DNA from: an uncultured delta proteobacterium
GTDB taxonomy: Bacteria > Desulfobacterota > Binatia > UBA9968
NCBI GenBank assembly: GCA_963760795.1
Contig: CAVXEP010000019.1
Span: 64,001 to 128,000, forward strand
Direction: 5' to 3'
DNA length: 64,000 bases
Shown here: in pieces, positions 39,537 to 49,496 of the stretch
Position numbering within the stretch: position 1 is the first letter of the stretch
Layout: every line of letters begins with the position of its first letter
Translations under genes and position numbers: made by a program
Notes under the pieces: model-generated
Databases searched by the model: none
Seen by the model: the letters and a program-made list of their open reading frames with translations, nothing else
Told to the model about the DNA's origin: nothing

Positions 39537-40522
39537 ATGCAATACCGTTATCTCGGCAAAGATCGTTTGAAAGTTTCCGCCATCGGCTATGGCTGTCCGC
39601 CGTTTCAAGGCAAGTTGAGCGACGCCGACGAACGCCAGGCGATCGCCGTGCTCGATCGCGCCATCGATATCGGCATGAACTTCATCGACACCGCCGATCA
39701 CAACAACGGCAACAACGAAGAGATCCTCGCCAAGGTGTTAAAAGGCCGGCGCGGCGATGTCGTGCTGACCGCAAATTCGGCAATCTGCGCGGCCAGCCTT
39801 GGGCGGAAGGCAGAGAAGTCGAAGGCAAGCCGGAGTATGTGGCGTGGGCGTGCGACAACTCGTTGCGCCGGCTGCAAACCGATTACATCGATCTCTACTA
39901 TCTTCATCGCGTCGATCCCAAAGTGCCGATCGAAGAAACCGTCGGCGCGATGAAGCGGTTGGTCGAGCAAGGCAAAGTGCGCCAGCTCGGCTTGAGCGAA
40001 GCCGGGCCCGAGACCCTGCGGCGCGCCAACGCGGTGCATCCGATCGCGGCGGTGCAAAGCGAGTATTCGCTGTGGACGCGCGATTACGAAAGCAACACCA
40101 TTCCGGTTTGCCGCGAATTGGGCGTCGGCTATGTCGCCTACTATGCATTGGGACGAGGATTCTTAAGCGGCAAGTGGAACGACTTCGCCGACCTCGGCGA
40201 GAAGGAAGCCAAGCGGCGCGGGCCGCGCTTCCACGCCGAGAATTTTCAACACAATGTCAGTCTGCTCAAACAACTGGAGGCGATAGCGAGCGTGAAGAAA
40301 TGCACGGTGGCGCAGTTGGCGCTGGCATGGATTCTTCATCAGGGTGATTTCTTCGTGCCGATCCCCGGCACGTACAAGATCGCCAATCTTGAAGCTAACG
40401 CGGCCGCGGCGGATATTTCGTTGACGGCGAAAGAGTTGGCGGCGATCGATCGGATCTTTCCGTTGGGCGCGGCCGCGGGCGGGCGGCATGATTATGATCG
40501 ATCTAAAGAATTGAACATCTGA
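39537..40522 (+). CDS. Aldo/keto reductase; frameshift near 39770
   Basis: [37 protein letters not shown] and PIPGT motifs. Confidence 0.92.
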
Positions 40523-40527
40523 AGATT

Positions 40528-40612
40528 CGTTCAAAACGTTCAAGCCGTTCAAATCGTTCAAAACGTTTCGGACAAGACGCGGTTCAATGTAGGGGCGACC
40601 GGCGGTCGCCCT
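40528..40612. repeat. 9-mer CGTTCAA array followed by a GTAG REP
   Basis: CGTTCAAAA CGTTCAAGC CGTTCAAAT CGTTCAAAA ... GTAGGGGCGACCGGCGGTCGCCC. Confidence 0.78.
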
Positions 40613-40637
40613 TCCCAGATTTCGAAAGGGGATAGAC

Positions 40638-41553
40638 ATGCGAGTCTTGATTACCGGTTGTGGTTTGATTGGTGCCTACACGGCGAAAGAGTTGGTCGAA
40701 CGCGGCGATGAAGTGACATTCTTCGACCTGCAACCGAATCTTTCTTACCTGCAAAAAGTTCTCGGCCGGGAGCTGCCGATTATTCGCGGCGATATTCGCG
40801 AGCTGCCGGCGCTGATCGAAGCGATGCAACGCACGCGCGCCGAAGTAGTGTTTCATAGCGCCGGATTGCAGGGTAACCGGACACCGTATTTCGGCTTTCA
40901 AGTGAATCTCATCGGTACGTTAAATGTCGCCGAGGCGGTGCGACTCACCGGTGTGCGCCGGTTGATTCACGCCAGCAGCCAGGGTGTTTACGATCTCACC
41001 GATCCGCCGGTGCCGATTCACGAAGAGGCGCGGCGCGACGGCGGCGCGCGCGTCTATCAGGGCGGTAAAGCCGCCTGCGAGGAAGTGCTGACGGCTTACG
41101 CCGCGACTTACAAGTTCGAGCTGGCGCTGCCGCGCTTCGCATCGGTCTACGGCTACGGTCCCTACACCGGCGGCGGCAACGTCGGCATGGACATGTACGC
41201 CATGTTGCAAGCGGCGCTGGCCGGTAAGCCCGCGCCGATGGGGCCGGGGATCGCGGACGCCAACGATTTCGTCTACGCGAAAGATATCGCCCAGGGCCTG
41301 CGTTTGATCACCAGCGCGGCGAGCTTGCCGCACCAAGCGTATAATCTCGGCACCGGCGTCGCCGCGACGATCGCGGATATTCAACGCGGCCTGCAAAAAG
41401 TTCTCGGCGACGTGCGCTTTACGCGCGAAGTCGTCGTCACGGCCGCGGCCGGCGTTGGATATTTCGCGGGCACGGGCTGAGTTAGGCTATGAGCCGAAGT
41501 TCGATGTTGAGGCGGGGCTCAAGGACTTTATCGAAGAGATGCAGCGGCAATAA
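40638..41553 (+). CDS. NAD-dependent epimerase/dehydratase; frameshift near 41437
   Basis: LITGCGLIG, YQGGK and DFVYAKD motifs; C-terminus LDISRARAELGYEPKFDVEAGL in another frame. Confidence 0.88.
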
Positions 41554-41652
41554 GCGGTTCCAATAGTTCCAGTTGTTCCAACGGTTCCAATTGTCGGAAT
41601 CGTTCAAGGTTCAAAATTCAGAGGAACTACCGTAGATGGAATCGCAAACTAA

Positions 41653-41670
41653 TGTATGTTATAAGATACA
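41653..41670. promoter_or_regulatory. Palindromic operator upstream of the TA operon
   Basis: TGTATGTTATAAGATACA, near-perfect 18-bp inverted repeat 7 nt before the toxin ATG. Confidence 0.6.
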
Positions 41671-41677
41671 CTAGGCC

Positions 41678-41967
41678 ATGATAGAAATAAGCCAAACCGA
41701 GGTGTACGCACGTTGGTTTATGGCTTACGCGATCGGCGAGCCCGGGTCCGTATCGATATTAGAATTCGTCGTTTATCTCTAGGCAATCCCGGTGATGTCA
41801 GGCCAGTTGGAGGAGGCGTATCGGAGCTGCGAATCGATTATGGACCTGGGTATCGGGTTTACTTTGTGCAACGCGGAGCCTCGCTGATTATCTTGCTCGC
41901 TGGCGGCGACAAAAAGACCCAGGACCAAGATATTCAGAAAGCTATAAAGATGGCACGGGACCTATAG
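41678..41967 (+). CDS. RelE/HigB-family toxin (addiction module killer, HI1419-like); frameshift near 41718
   Basis: MIEISQTEVYARWF joins LRDRRARVRI...GNPGDVRPVGGGVSELRIDYGPGYRVYF...LLAGGDKKTQ. Confidence 0.9.
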
Positions 41968-41976
41968 GAGATTACT

Positions 41977-42270
41977 ATGGCGAAAGTTAAAACTAGACGT
42001 TGGGACCCGTCGGAACATTTGGAATCGGACGAAGACATGGCAGCGTACTTAGAAGCTGCGCTTGAAGACGGCGATCCGGCGCTGATAGCTGCGGCATTGG
42101 GGGATATCGCGCGGGCACAAGGCATGAGTGCAATCGCGCGAAAAACTGGCCTCGGTCGCGAGAGCCTGTACAAAGCATTGTCGCCCGACGGTAACCCAGA
42201 GTTTTCGACGGTACTCAAAGTTGTGCGTGCGCTTGGCCTGCGGTTACACGCGACGTCGGTGGATGCGTGA
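41977..42270 (+). CDS. Addiction module antitoxin (HI1420/HigA-like HTH)
   Basis: YLEAALEDGD...ALGDIARAQGMSAIARKTGLGRESLYKALS.DGNPEF; AGGAG RBS. Confidence 0.92.
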   Translation: MAKVKTRRWDPSEHLESDEDMAAYLEAALEDGDPALIAAALGDIARAQGMSAIARKTGLGRESLYKALSPDGNPEFSTVLKVVRALGLRLHATSVDA

Positions 42271-42646
42271 ACGCCGTCGTAGGTTTTGCATTGCGATGAA
42301 TTGTAAGACTGGCCCCAACTCCATGTCTCTTTCGGACAGCGCCTACACTGACGCGAACGATGTACTGGTGGAGCAGTGCCCATTAGCAAAGCTGCCTAAG
42401 CGCACGCCGTAATCGAATCTGACCCGGCAGACTATATCGCGAAGACGACAGGTGTTGTAAGGTGATTTGCCGCGTAAGACTGATGCAGAGCTGCCGACTC
42501 AGCACCCGCGCAAGTAAGCACCGTCGAAGTCGCATTGTACAATTCTCACAACCCTAGAATTCGCCGGCGTAAGTAAGGCACTCGGTGCCACGAGACTGCT
42601 TGCAATGGATTCCGCCCTAGTCATGCGTTATTGTTTTGATCCATAA

Positions 42647-43166
42647 TCAGAGCGCATCCGGCGCCGGCATGATTTCGCCACACTGCTTGCAGGTTCTGAA
42701 CTCCACACTCTCAAAGAATCGCTGGTAGGCTTTCGACACCGGGTCTTCGGCGTAGTCGTGTACGACGAAACTCTCTTCGTGCAGCAAGTTGTCGCATTTC
42801 TGGCAGTACCAGTGAAATCGATCGATCTCTCCGGCTCGTCTCTTTCTTTCTGAGATCAACGCGAAGGCGTCGGGCGGGAAGCGCGGCGAGTGCGGCGTGC
42901 CGGCGGGGGTGTAGATCATCGCGCCTTCGGCGATCACGGCGACTTCTTCTGTTCCTTCCGGGGTGCGGTAGTGCAAGCGCATCTCGCCTTTGATCATGTA
43001 CATGGTTTCGTCGCTCGGGTTGATGTGAAACTCGCTGCGGTATTCGCGGCCGCGGGCGATGAAGGCTAGGTTGTCGTCATGTTGCCATAGGACTCGAACG
43101 CGGCGTCCCGACTCCCGTAGTTTCTCGCCTTCCGCCGAGAAGCTTGACGATGGGCATGGGTAGCAT
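42647..43166 (-). CDS. 3-hydroxyanthranilate 3,4-dioxygenase-like cupin; frameshift near 43140
   Basis: RSEFHINPSDE...PHSPRFP...WYCQKC...RTCKQCG (cupin Fe site plus rubredoxin-like site). Confidence 0.85.
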
Positions 43167-43416
43167 CGGCGTGGCTCCTTTGTTCAAAGGTTCAAGGTTC
43201 AAAAGTTCAATGTTCGGATTGGAAGAGCTAATCATGATAGGCACGAAATTCCCATAATGGGTACGCGGTGCTATCGGCGCGATCTCCTTAAGCTGCCTCG
43301 GAGGTACAAACTCTATGATCGATGCCAGGACGATTCAACCGATACGCCATCGGTGCGCGAGACGTTTTGCGTTGTCGAAACATTTCAATTAACAATGGAG
43401 TTGTCGCTTCTGAGAT

Positions 43417-44658
43417 TTGTCTACGGTCATGCCTAAGCTGTCATCTTTGAGAACTCTCCGCTCGCTCCGTCATCGAAATTTCCGACTATTGATGGAAGGC
43501 GCGCTGGTGTCGAGCTCGGGCGATTTCATGCAGAACATCGCGCAGAGCTGGTTGGTGTGGCATCTGTCCCAATCGCCGGTCGCCATCGGCGTCATCGCGG
43601 TATTCGACACGGTGCCGCGGCTTTTGATCGGTGCTGTGGGTGGCGCCATTGCCGACCGGTTCGACCGACGGCGCGTGTTGATGATCACGCAAAGCTTGGC
43701 GATGTTGCAGGCATTCGCCTATTGGTTGTTAGTGGAGTTTGAAGGGATCGAGCTCTGGCATATCGCGCTTTTGTCTTTCTTTCTCGGCGTCGTTAACACG
43801 ATCAATCAGACGGCACGCCAATCCCTGGTCAATAGTTTGGTGCCCAGGGAGGAATTGCTCAACGCCATCGGCCTGCAATCCTCGGTGTTCAACTTTTCGA
43901 AAATCATGGGGCCGTCGGTGGGCGGTTTGATCATCGCCTACATTGGCATCGCCGGCTGTTTTCTCATAAACGCGCTCAGCTTTGTCTATTTGATTTTCAA
44001 TCTCTATCAGATGGAGCTGCCGCCATGGGAAGCGCGGCACCACAAACAGGGACTATTGGGCGATATCAAGGAAGGGTTTTTCTATCTACGTGACAACCGC
44101 CGCATGCTCGGTATAGTCGGAATTTCCTACGTCATGGCCTTGTTTGGCGCGCCGTACAATCGTTTCGTGCCGATATTCGCGACCAATGTGCTGCATGTTG
44201 GCGCGGCGGGGTTCGGCATGCTGATGTCCGCGCCGGGAATCGGCGCTATGGTGGCGTCCTTGTCTCTCGCGACCGTGAATAAGCTGCGCGTCGGCACGCG
44301 CTCGATCTGTTTTTGCGTGCTCGGATTCGCGCTGTCTCTGGCGCTGTTCGCTTTCTCCTATTCCTTCATTTTGTCGATCCTGTTTCTTGCCATGATCGGT
44401 TTTTGCCAGGTCGGCGAGCGCGCATTGACCAATACGGTCATTCAAACCGGAACGCCGCAGGAGTTATTAGGGCGAGTCTTGAGCTTGTTCTTCATGGACC
44501 GCGGCTTGTGGTCTCTTGGCGGTTTGCTTATGGGCGCCTCGGCGTCGGCCATCGGCATCGACTGGACCTTCGCGGTTTGCGGCGTTGTTTGCACCATCGC
44601 CGCGACCGCTTTGTTGATCTTCAGTCGCAGGCAGCGCGCCGCAGCTCTTCAACATTAA
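43417..44658 (+). CDS. MFS transporter (MFS_3/DHA3-like)
   Basis: SLRHRNFRL, GAIADRFDRRR and NAIGLQS motifs. Confidence 0.92.
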   Translation: MSTVMPKLSSLRTLRSLRHRNFRLLMEGALVSSSGDFMQNIAQSWLVWHLSQSPVAIGVIAVFDTVPRLLIGAVGGAIADRFDRRRVLMITQSLAMLQAFAYWLLVEFEGIELWHIALLSFFLGVVNTINQTARQSLVNSLVPREELLNAIGLQSSVFNFSKIMGPSVGGLIIAYIGIAGCFLINALSFVYLIFNLYQMELPPWEARHHKQGLLGDIKEGFFYLRDNRRMLGIVGISYVMALFGAPYNRFVPIFATNVLHVGAAGFGMLMSAPGIGAMVASLSLATVNKLRVGTRSICFCVLGFALSLALFAFSYSFILSILFLAMIGFCQVGERALTNTVIQTGTPQELLGRVLSLFFMDRGLWSLGGLLMGASASAIGIDWTFAVCGVVCTIAATALLIFSRRQRAAALQH

Positions 44659-44826
44659 ATTAAGCCGCCGCGGCGCTCAGGTCGGATAGTTTCTGGGAAA
44701 AGAAATAACCGCATTCGAATTTCCGTTAGCCGAGATTGTTTAGCCCTGGAACTTTCAATTCTTCGCCAAAGTTTGCGCCCTTAGTAACCGGTCAAGCGGC
44801 AACGCGGTGGTTGCTGGCAGATCGAA

Positions 44827-46068
44827 CTATTCCGGCAAGGCTTGGCCCTTGGTTTCGCGCGCCCAGATTAGGATGATCAAGCCGACGAAATAGATCGACC
44901 CGATGGTGGCGATGGCGGGGGCGAAGGCGCCATGAGCCGAGGTGAGCATGCCGGCGAGGAGCGGGCCGGCGGCGGAGAAAAAGCGCGCGAAGTTAAAGCA
45001 AAAGCCCTGGGCGGTGGCGCGGATGTTGGTGGGGAACAGCTCGGGAAAGTAGATGGCAAAGCCGCTGGTGACGCCGGCGGCGAAAAATCCCATGACCGGC
45101 GAGGCCATGACCGCGTGGCTGAATTCCTTGGCGAATAGAAATGTCGATGGCACTGAGCAGAGGGCGCCGAGAAAATAAATCCACAGCGCGTTGCGCCGGC
45201 CCCAGCGGTCGGCGATCATCGGCATGCACAGACAGCCGGCGATGCCGCCGACGGTCAGCGTCGCGGTGATCAAACTGACCTGCGGAATCACCGCGCGGGT
45301 GCCCTGGGCGTGCAGCATGGCGGCGATCCAACTCGGCACCCATTGAATGGCGCCCTGGTAGCCGAAGGTCGCTACCACCGCCAAGCCGATGCCGACCAAC
45401 AGGTCGCGGCGTACTGGGCGCATGAAAAGCTGTGAAAACGGATTGCCGGTCTGTTTGGCCCGGGTCCAACGCTCAGGCTCTTCCAGGGAGTGGCGAATAT
45501 AAAACGCCACGATGGCGGGCAATATGCCGAGAGCGAAAACCCAGCGCCAACCATAGGGACCGACGAACAAGTAGAGCCCGATGGCGAGAAAAAAGCCGAT
45601 GCCGCCCGAGGCTTGCATGATGCCAGCGGCTTTGGCGCGGGATTTAGCCGGCCAGGTCTCGGCGATCAGCGCTGCGCCGGCGGCCCATTCGCCGCCGATG
45701 CCCAGGCCGGTGAGGAATCGGTAAAAAGCCAGTTCTTGCCAACTGCCGGCGATGCTGCACAGGCCAGTGAATGTCGCGTAAACCAAGATCGTAATCGCCA
45801 TGGTTTTGGCGCGCCCGTAGCGGTCAGCGATGGGACCGAAGATCAGACCGCCCAAGGCCCAACCGATCATGAAGATCGCCAGGACGATGCCGCCGTACCA
45901 GCCGATAGCCGCCGGCTCGCTGGTGCCGAGCAAATCGCTCATGGCGGGAAACAGGATGATGGCGTAGAGATAGCCATCCATGATGTCGAGAGCCCAGCCG
46001 AGACAGGTGCAGTAGAGCACGCGCCATTGGTAGGGGGTGATATCGTGGTACCACTTGGGTTCACCCAT
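44827..46068 (-). CDS. MFS transporter (aromatic acid/sialate-like)
   Basis: LGWALDIMD, ADRYGRAK, GLGIGGEW and ELFPTNIRAT motifs. Confidence 0.92.
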   Translation of the reverse strand: MGEPKWYHDITPYQWRVLYCTCLGWALDIMDGYLYAIILFPAMSDLLGTSEPAAIGWYGGIVLAIFMIGWALGGLIFGPIADRYGRAKTMAITILVYATFTGLCSIAGSWQELAFYRFLTGLGIGGEWAAGAALIAETWPAKSRAKAAGIMQASGGIGFFLAIGLYLFVGPYGWRWVFALGILPAIVAFYIRHSLEEPERWTRAKQTGNPFSQLFMRPVRRDLLVGIGLAVVATFGYQGAIQWVPSWIAAMLHAQGTRAVIPQVSLITATLTVGGIAGCLCMPMIADRWGRRNALWIYFLGALCSVPSTFLFAKEFSHAVMASPVMGFFAAGVTSGFAIYFPELFPTNIRATAQGFCFNFARFFSAAGPLLAGMLTSAHGAFAPAIATIGSIYFVGLIILIWARETKGQALPE

Positions 46069-46240
46069 GGTTTGCTCAAGTGCCACAAAGGAGCGAGAAA
46101 GGCAACGGAAAAGGTGGCGGGATGGTGGTTCTAGGGCAGGCATTGTGGCCGCGGATTTATTAAAAATAGATCATTGACTCGATTTCACCGCATGGTTAGA
46201 CTCCCTACACAGAGAAGGAATTCCTAGATCAGGAGGAAAA

Positions 46241-47239
46241 GTGTTTATGTCGACTACAAAGTATAAATTGTTTGCCACGGCCGTGGGGCTTTTCGCGGTC
46301 TTCGCACTAACGCAAATAGCATTAGAAAGCTTAGCCGATGCCCGCGCCGGCGGCGGCCGCTCCGGCGGCTTTCGCGGTTCGCGCAGCTCACAGGCGCCGA
46401 GCCGTGCGGCGAACCCGACGTCGCCACAAAGACAGGATGCCATGCCGGCACAACAGGCGCGCCAACCGGCTTCGATGATGCCGCAGTCCGGCGGTTTCAT
46501 GCGCGGTCTGGGCACCGCGGTGCTCGGCGGCTTTTTAGGTTCCATGCTGTTTTCGGGCTTAGCCGGCGCCGGCGGCTTCGGTGGTATGGGTGGCGGTATG
46601 GGCGGCAGTGGATTCGGAATGATAGAAATTCTTTTGTTCGGCGGTTTGGCGTATTTTCTTTACCGGAAATACAAAGCGTCGAGAACTCCGGCGCTGGCGA
46701 CGGGCGGCGGCTCGATGCAGTATCAAGACACCTCCTACCAGGCGCCGACACCGGGTTATGCCAATAATCCGCCGGTGCAGGAGCAGTTGCCGTTCAATGG
46801 CACCGACTATCGCTCGCTGACCATGATGGATCCGAGCTTCGACGCCAATACTTTTCTGAAAACTGCTCAGGATAATTTTTTCAAGATTCAGGGCGCATGG
46901 AACAAGCAGGATGTCACGGCGCTACGCGTGCTCTGCGGCGGCGAGCTAATGAAAACTTGGGAAGCCGAGATAGCGCAGCTCAAACAACGCGGCCAGAAGA
47001 ACCGCATGGACAACATCGCTTTGCGCGAGAGCGAGATCACCGAAGTCTGGACTGAGAACGGCGAGGACTTCATCACCGTGCGCTTGCACGCCAACCTGCT
47101 CGACTTCACAGTCGACGAGAAGAGCGGCAATGTGGTCGTCGGCAGCGACAGCGAACCGGTGCAGTTCGAGGAGTTTTGGACATACAGCCGCCCGGTTGGA
47201 CCGAACGCGTGGAAGCTGACGGCGGTGCAGCAGGCGTAA
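46241..47239 (+). CDS. Tim44 domain-containing protein
   Basis: ADARAGGGRSGG.RGSR N-terminus; DPSFD...F.KIQGAW; FEEFWTYSR...WKLTAVQQ. Confidence 0.9.
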   Translation: MFMSTTKYKLFATAVGLFAVFALTQIALESLADARAGGGRSGGFRGSRSSQAPSRAANPTSPQRQDAMPAQQARQPASMMPQSGGFMRGLGTAVLGGFLGSMLFSGLAGAGGFGGMGGGMGGSGFGMIEILLFGGLAYFLYRKYKASRTPALATGGGSMQYQDTSYQAPTPGYANNPPVQEQLPFNGTDYRSLTMMDPSFDANTFLKTAQDNFFKIQGAWNKQDVTALRVLCGGELMKTWEAEIAQLKQRGQKNRMDNIALRESEITEVWTENGEDFITVRLHANLLDFTVDEKSGNVVVGSDSEPVQFEEFWTYSRPVGPNAWKLTAVQQA

Positions 47240-47261
47240 TTCAGTAAGACGTTTACGAGTT

Positions 47262-47302
47262 AAACCGGCAGTGCATGGGTTCATGCACTGCCGGTTTTTT
47301 TT
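47262..47302 (+). terminator. Rho-independent terminator
   Basis: AAACCGGCAGTGCATG-GGTT-CATGCACTGCCGG followed by a T run. Confidence 0.88.
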
Positions 47303-47337
47303 GATCTGATTGGTTGTCTGGTCTTGTGGACGGTACT

Positions 47338-47437
47338 TCCCCCTTTGAAAAAGGGGGACTGAGGGGGATTTGAGGTTTTTGCGCGCGAGAAAGTCCGCTG
47401 AAGAAAATCCCCCCTTCCCCCCTTTTCCAAAGGGGGG
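47338..47437. repeat. C/G-run palindromic REP-like doublet
   Basis: TCCCCCTTTGAAAAAGGGGGA...GGGGGATTT / AAATCCCCC...CCCCTTTTCCAAAGGGGG. Confidence 0.78.
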
Positions 47438-47496
47438 AGCATCCGAACCAATACTCGGATTTGTTCAACGCATATCTGGGTTGCGACAATACCGAC

Positions 47497-47883
47497 CTAC
47501 GCGACGATCGGTTCTTTGATCGGCGTGTGGCTGGGAATCTTCGGCACGCGGGTGCGCGGCTTGCCGTCGACATGGCTATTGCCGGCGCCCAGGAGAATCA
47601 TCCGGCCTGTGCCGGTATTGCACAGTTGATAGGACTCGCCGGATTGCAGCAACACGGTGTCGAACTGCTTCAAGACAAAGGCTTTGTGCGGCGTGCGCAC
47701 GGTGCACTCACCTTCGACGCACATGAAAATGTGATCGTCGTTGTCGTGATAGTGCATGTCGTCTTGCAGGCCGGCCTCGCAGTTGATCACCCAGTAATAC
47801 GCCAAGTCCGTGCGCCAGAGACTCAAATGGCCAACGCCAGGGTGGGAATCGGCTTCCTTCACCAAATTTTTCATTTCAACCAT
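47497..47883 (-). CDS. Cupin domain protein
   Basis: MHYHDNDDHIFMCVEG motif; GGAGG RBS. Confidence 0.82.
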   Translation of the reverse strand: MVEMKNLVKEADSHPGVGHLSLWRTDLAYYWVINCEAGLQDDMHYHDNDDHIFMCVEGECTVRTPHKAFVLKQFDTVLLQSGESYQLCNTGTGRMILLGAGNSHVDGKPRTRVPKIPSHTPIKEPIVA

Positions 47884-47906
47884 AAATAACCTCCTAATTA
47901 GTTGGG

Positions 47907-47980
47907 GTTCAAAACGTTCCAATCGATCAAGCGTTCAAATTGTAGGGGCGACCGGCCGGTCGCCCTTACGGGTTCAATCG
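47907..47980. repeat. GTTCAA array with a nested GTAG REP
   Basis: ...CGTTCAAATT GTAGGGGCGACCGGCCGGTCGCCC TTACGGGTTCAA. Confidence 0.75.
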
Positions 47981-47994
47981 GTCGCATGCTTCTA

Positions 47995-48267
47995 TTATCC
48001 GTGCGCTCTGGGTGGGCGCTCTTTGGGTTTGACCAAGCGGCCGTGGGTGCCATCGCAGTAGGGATGGTCTTTGGATCTCCAGCAGCGGCAGATGGCGATG
48101 GTTTCCGGGCTGGCGAATTCCAATACTGCCGGTTGCATGTTGGTCCCTTCGTGGGAGCCGTCGCAGAAGGGCAGGTTTTTGCTGCGGGTGCAGCGGCAGT
48201 AGGCGACGCTTCTCGATTCTTGTTTGACGATCGTCGGTTCGATCAGATCTTCATAGGATAGCGGCAT
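47995..48267 (-). CDS. CDGSH iron-sulfur domain protein (two motifs)
   Basis: CRCTRSKNLPFCDGSH and CRCWRSKDHPYCDGTH. Confidence 0.93.
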   Translation of the reverse strand: MPLSYEDLIEPTIVKQESRSVAYCRCTRSKNLPFCDGSHEGTNMQPAVLEFASPETIAICRCWRSKDHPYCDGTHGRLVKPKERPPRAHG

Positions 48268-48292
48268 CTTTCCTCCTTACAAAACGATAACA

Positions 48293-48388
48293 CGTTCAAA
48301 TCGTTCAAGCCGTTCAATTCGTTCAAACCGTTTCAGAGGTTTAAGGATTCAAACGTTCAAATTGTAGGGGCGACCGGCCCGGTCGCCC
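48293..48388. repeat. 9-mer CGTTCAA array followed by a GTAG REP
   Basis: CGTTCAAAT CGTTCAAGC CGTTCAATT CGTTCAAAC ... CGTTCAAATTGTAGGGGCGACCGGCCCGGTCGCCC. Confidence 0.78.
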
Positions 48389-49319
48389 TTACCCGCGTGC
48401 CAATAGCCTCATGGCGTTACGGCTAAAGATATCTGCCCGCTCATCATCGGTCAATGGGAAGTCTTCGATGATCTGTTTGGCGCGCGGCAGGAGCGGCAGG
48501 AGTGGCGGGGCGTCACTGCCGAAGAGTAATTTCTTGGCGCCGACGGTTTGATAGGCGCAGGCGAGGGCCGGCGGATGGTAACAAACCGTGTCCATGTGGA
48601 TCTCGCGCAGATATTCACTGGGTTTCTTGGTGATCAGCATGGGTTCGTAGGGTCCGAGGCCCGAGGCTCGGTCGCCGAGCTCGTAGGCGTAGTCCATGCG
48701 GCCGATGACGTCGCAGATGCCGCCGCCAAGGTGGCAGCCGACGAATTTTAAGTTGGGGTTGCGTTCGAAGACGCCGCGGACGATCAACCGGGCGATGCTC
48801 AGACACTCGTCGAAGGGCCGGCCGACGCTGGAGGCCAGCCGGTAGTCCAGCATGCGCTCTTCGCCGAAGCCCACCGACGGCGCGTGCATCATCATCGGGA
48901 ATGGCGAGACTCGAGACCAACTCGAAAAAGGGCTTGGCTTCATCGTCGTCGGGGTAGGCGCGTTGATGGCTGGAATTGATCAGCACGCCGTGCAGGCCGT
49001 ACTCGGTGACGGCGCGCTCCAGTTCTTTGTTGAACGGCGCGCCGCCGCAGGGCAGCGTGCTGGTGAAGACGATAATGCGGTCTTTATATTTTTGCTGGAT
49101 CTCCGCGCCGTATTCGTTCCAGCGGCGCAGGAAGGCGAGAGACTCGTCGGCGTTTTTGTCTTTCAGATAATGGATCGTGTTGCTGACGACGCAGCGCTCG
49201 ATGCCGGCCTTTTCATGGGCTTCGAGCAGGTTTTCAATGGTCAGCGGCGACGCGCCGCCCCAACGCCGCTCTTTGGCCAACTCGGGCGGATAAACATGGG
49301 CGTGCCAGTCGATAATCAT
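48389..49319 (-). CDS. Amidohydrolase_2 family protein (ACMSD-like); frameshift near 48900
   Basis: IIDWHAH N-half joins HLGGG...LLFGSDAP...NAMRL C-half. Confidence 0.88.
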
Positions 49320-49496
49320 GTTCGCTCCTTTTCAATCACCTTAACGTCGTTGGTTCTTACGTCCGACAGTATCGCCCTCGTGAAGCTGCGTCGCAATAGC
49401 GTTGATGGTTTCCGTCGACACGCTCAGGGCAGACGCTGAACGAATTGAAGGATTCCGTATTCAATCCGAGTCGCCTTACCCTTCACCCTTTACGCC

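Noticed and set aside
16919-48388. GTTCAA arrays as CRISPR repeats
   Set aside because: Units are 7-9 nt, directly tandem, with no unique 30-40 nt spacers and no cas genes.
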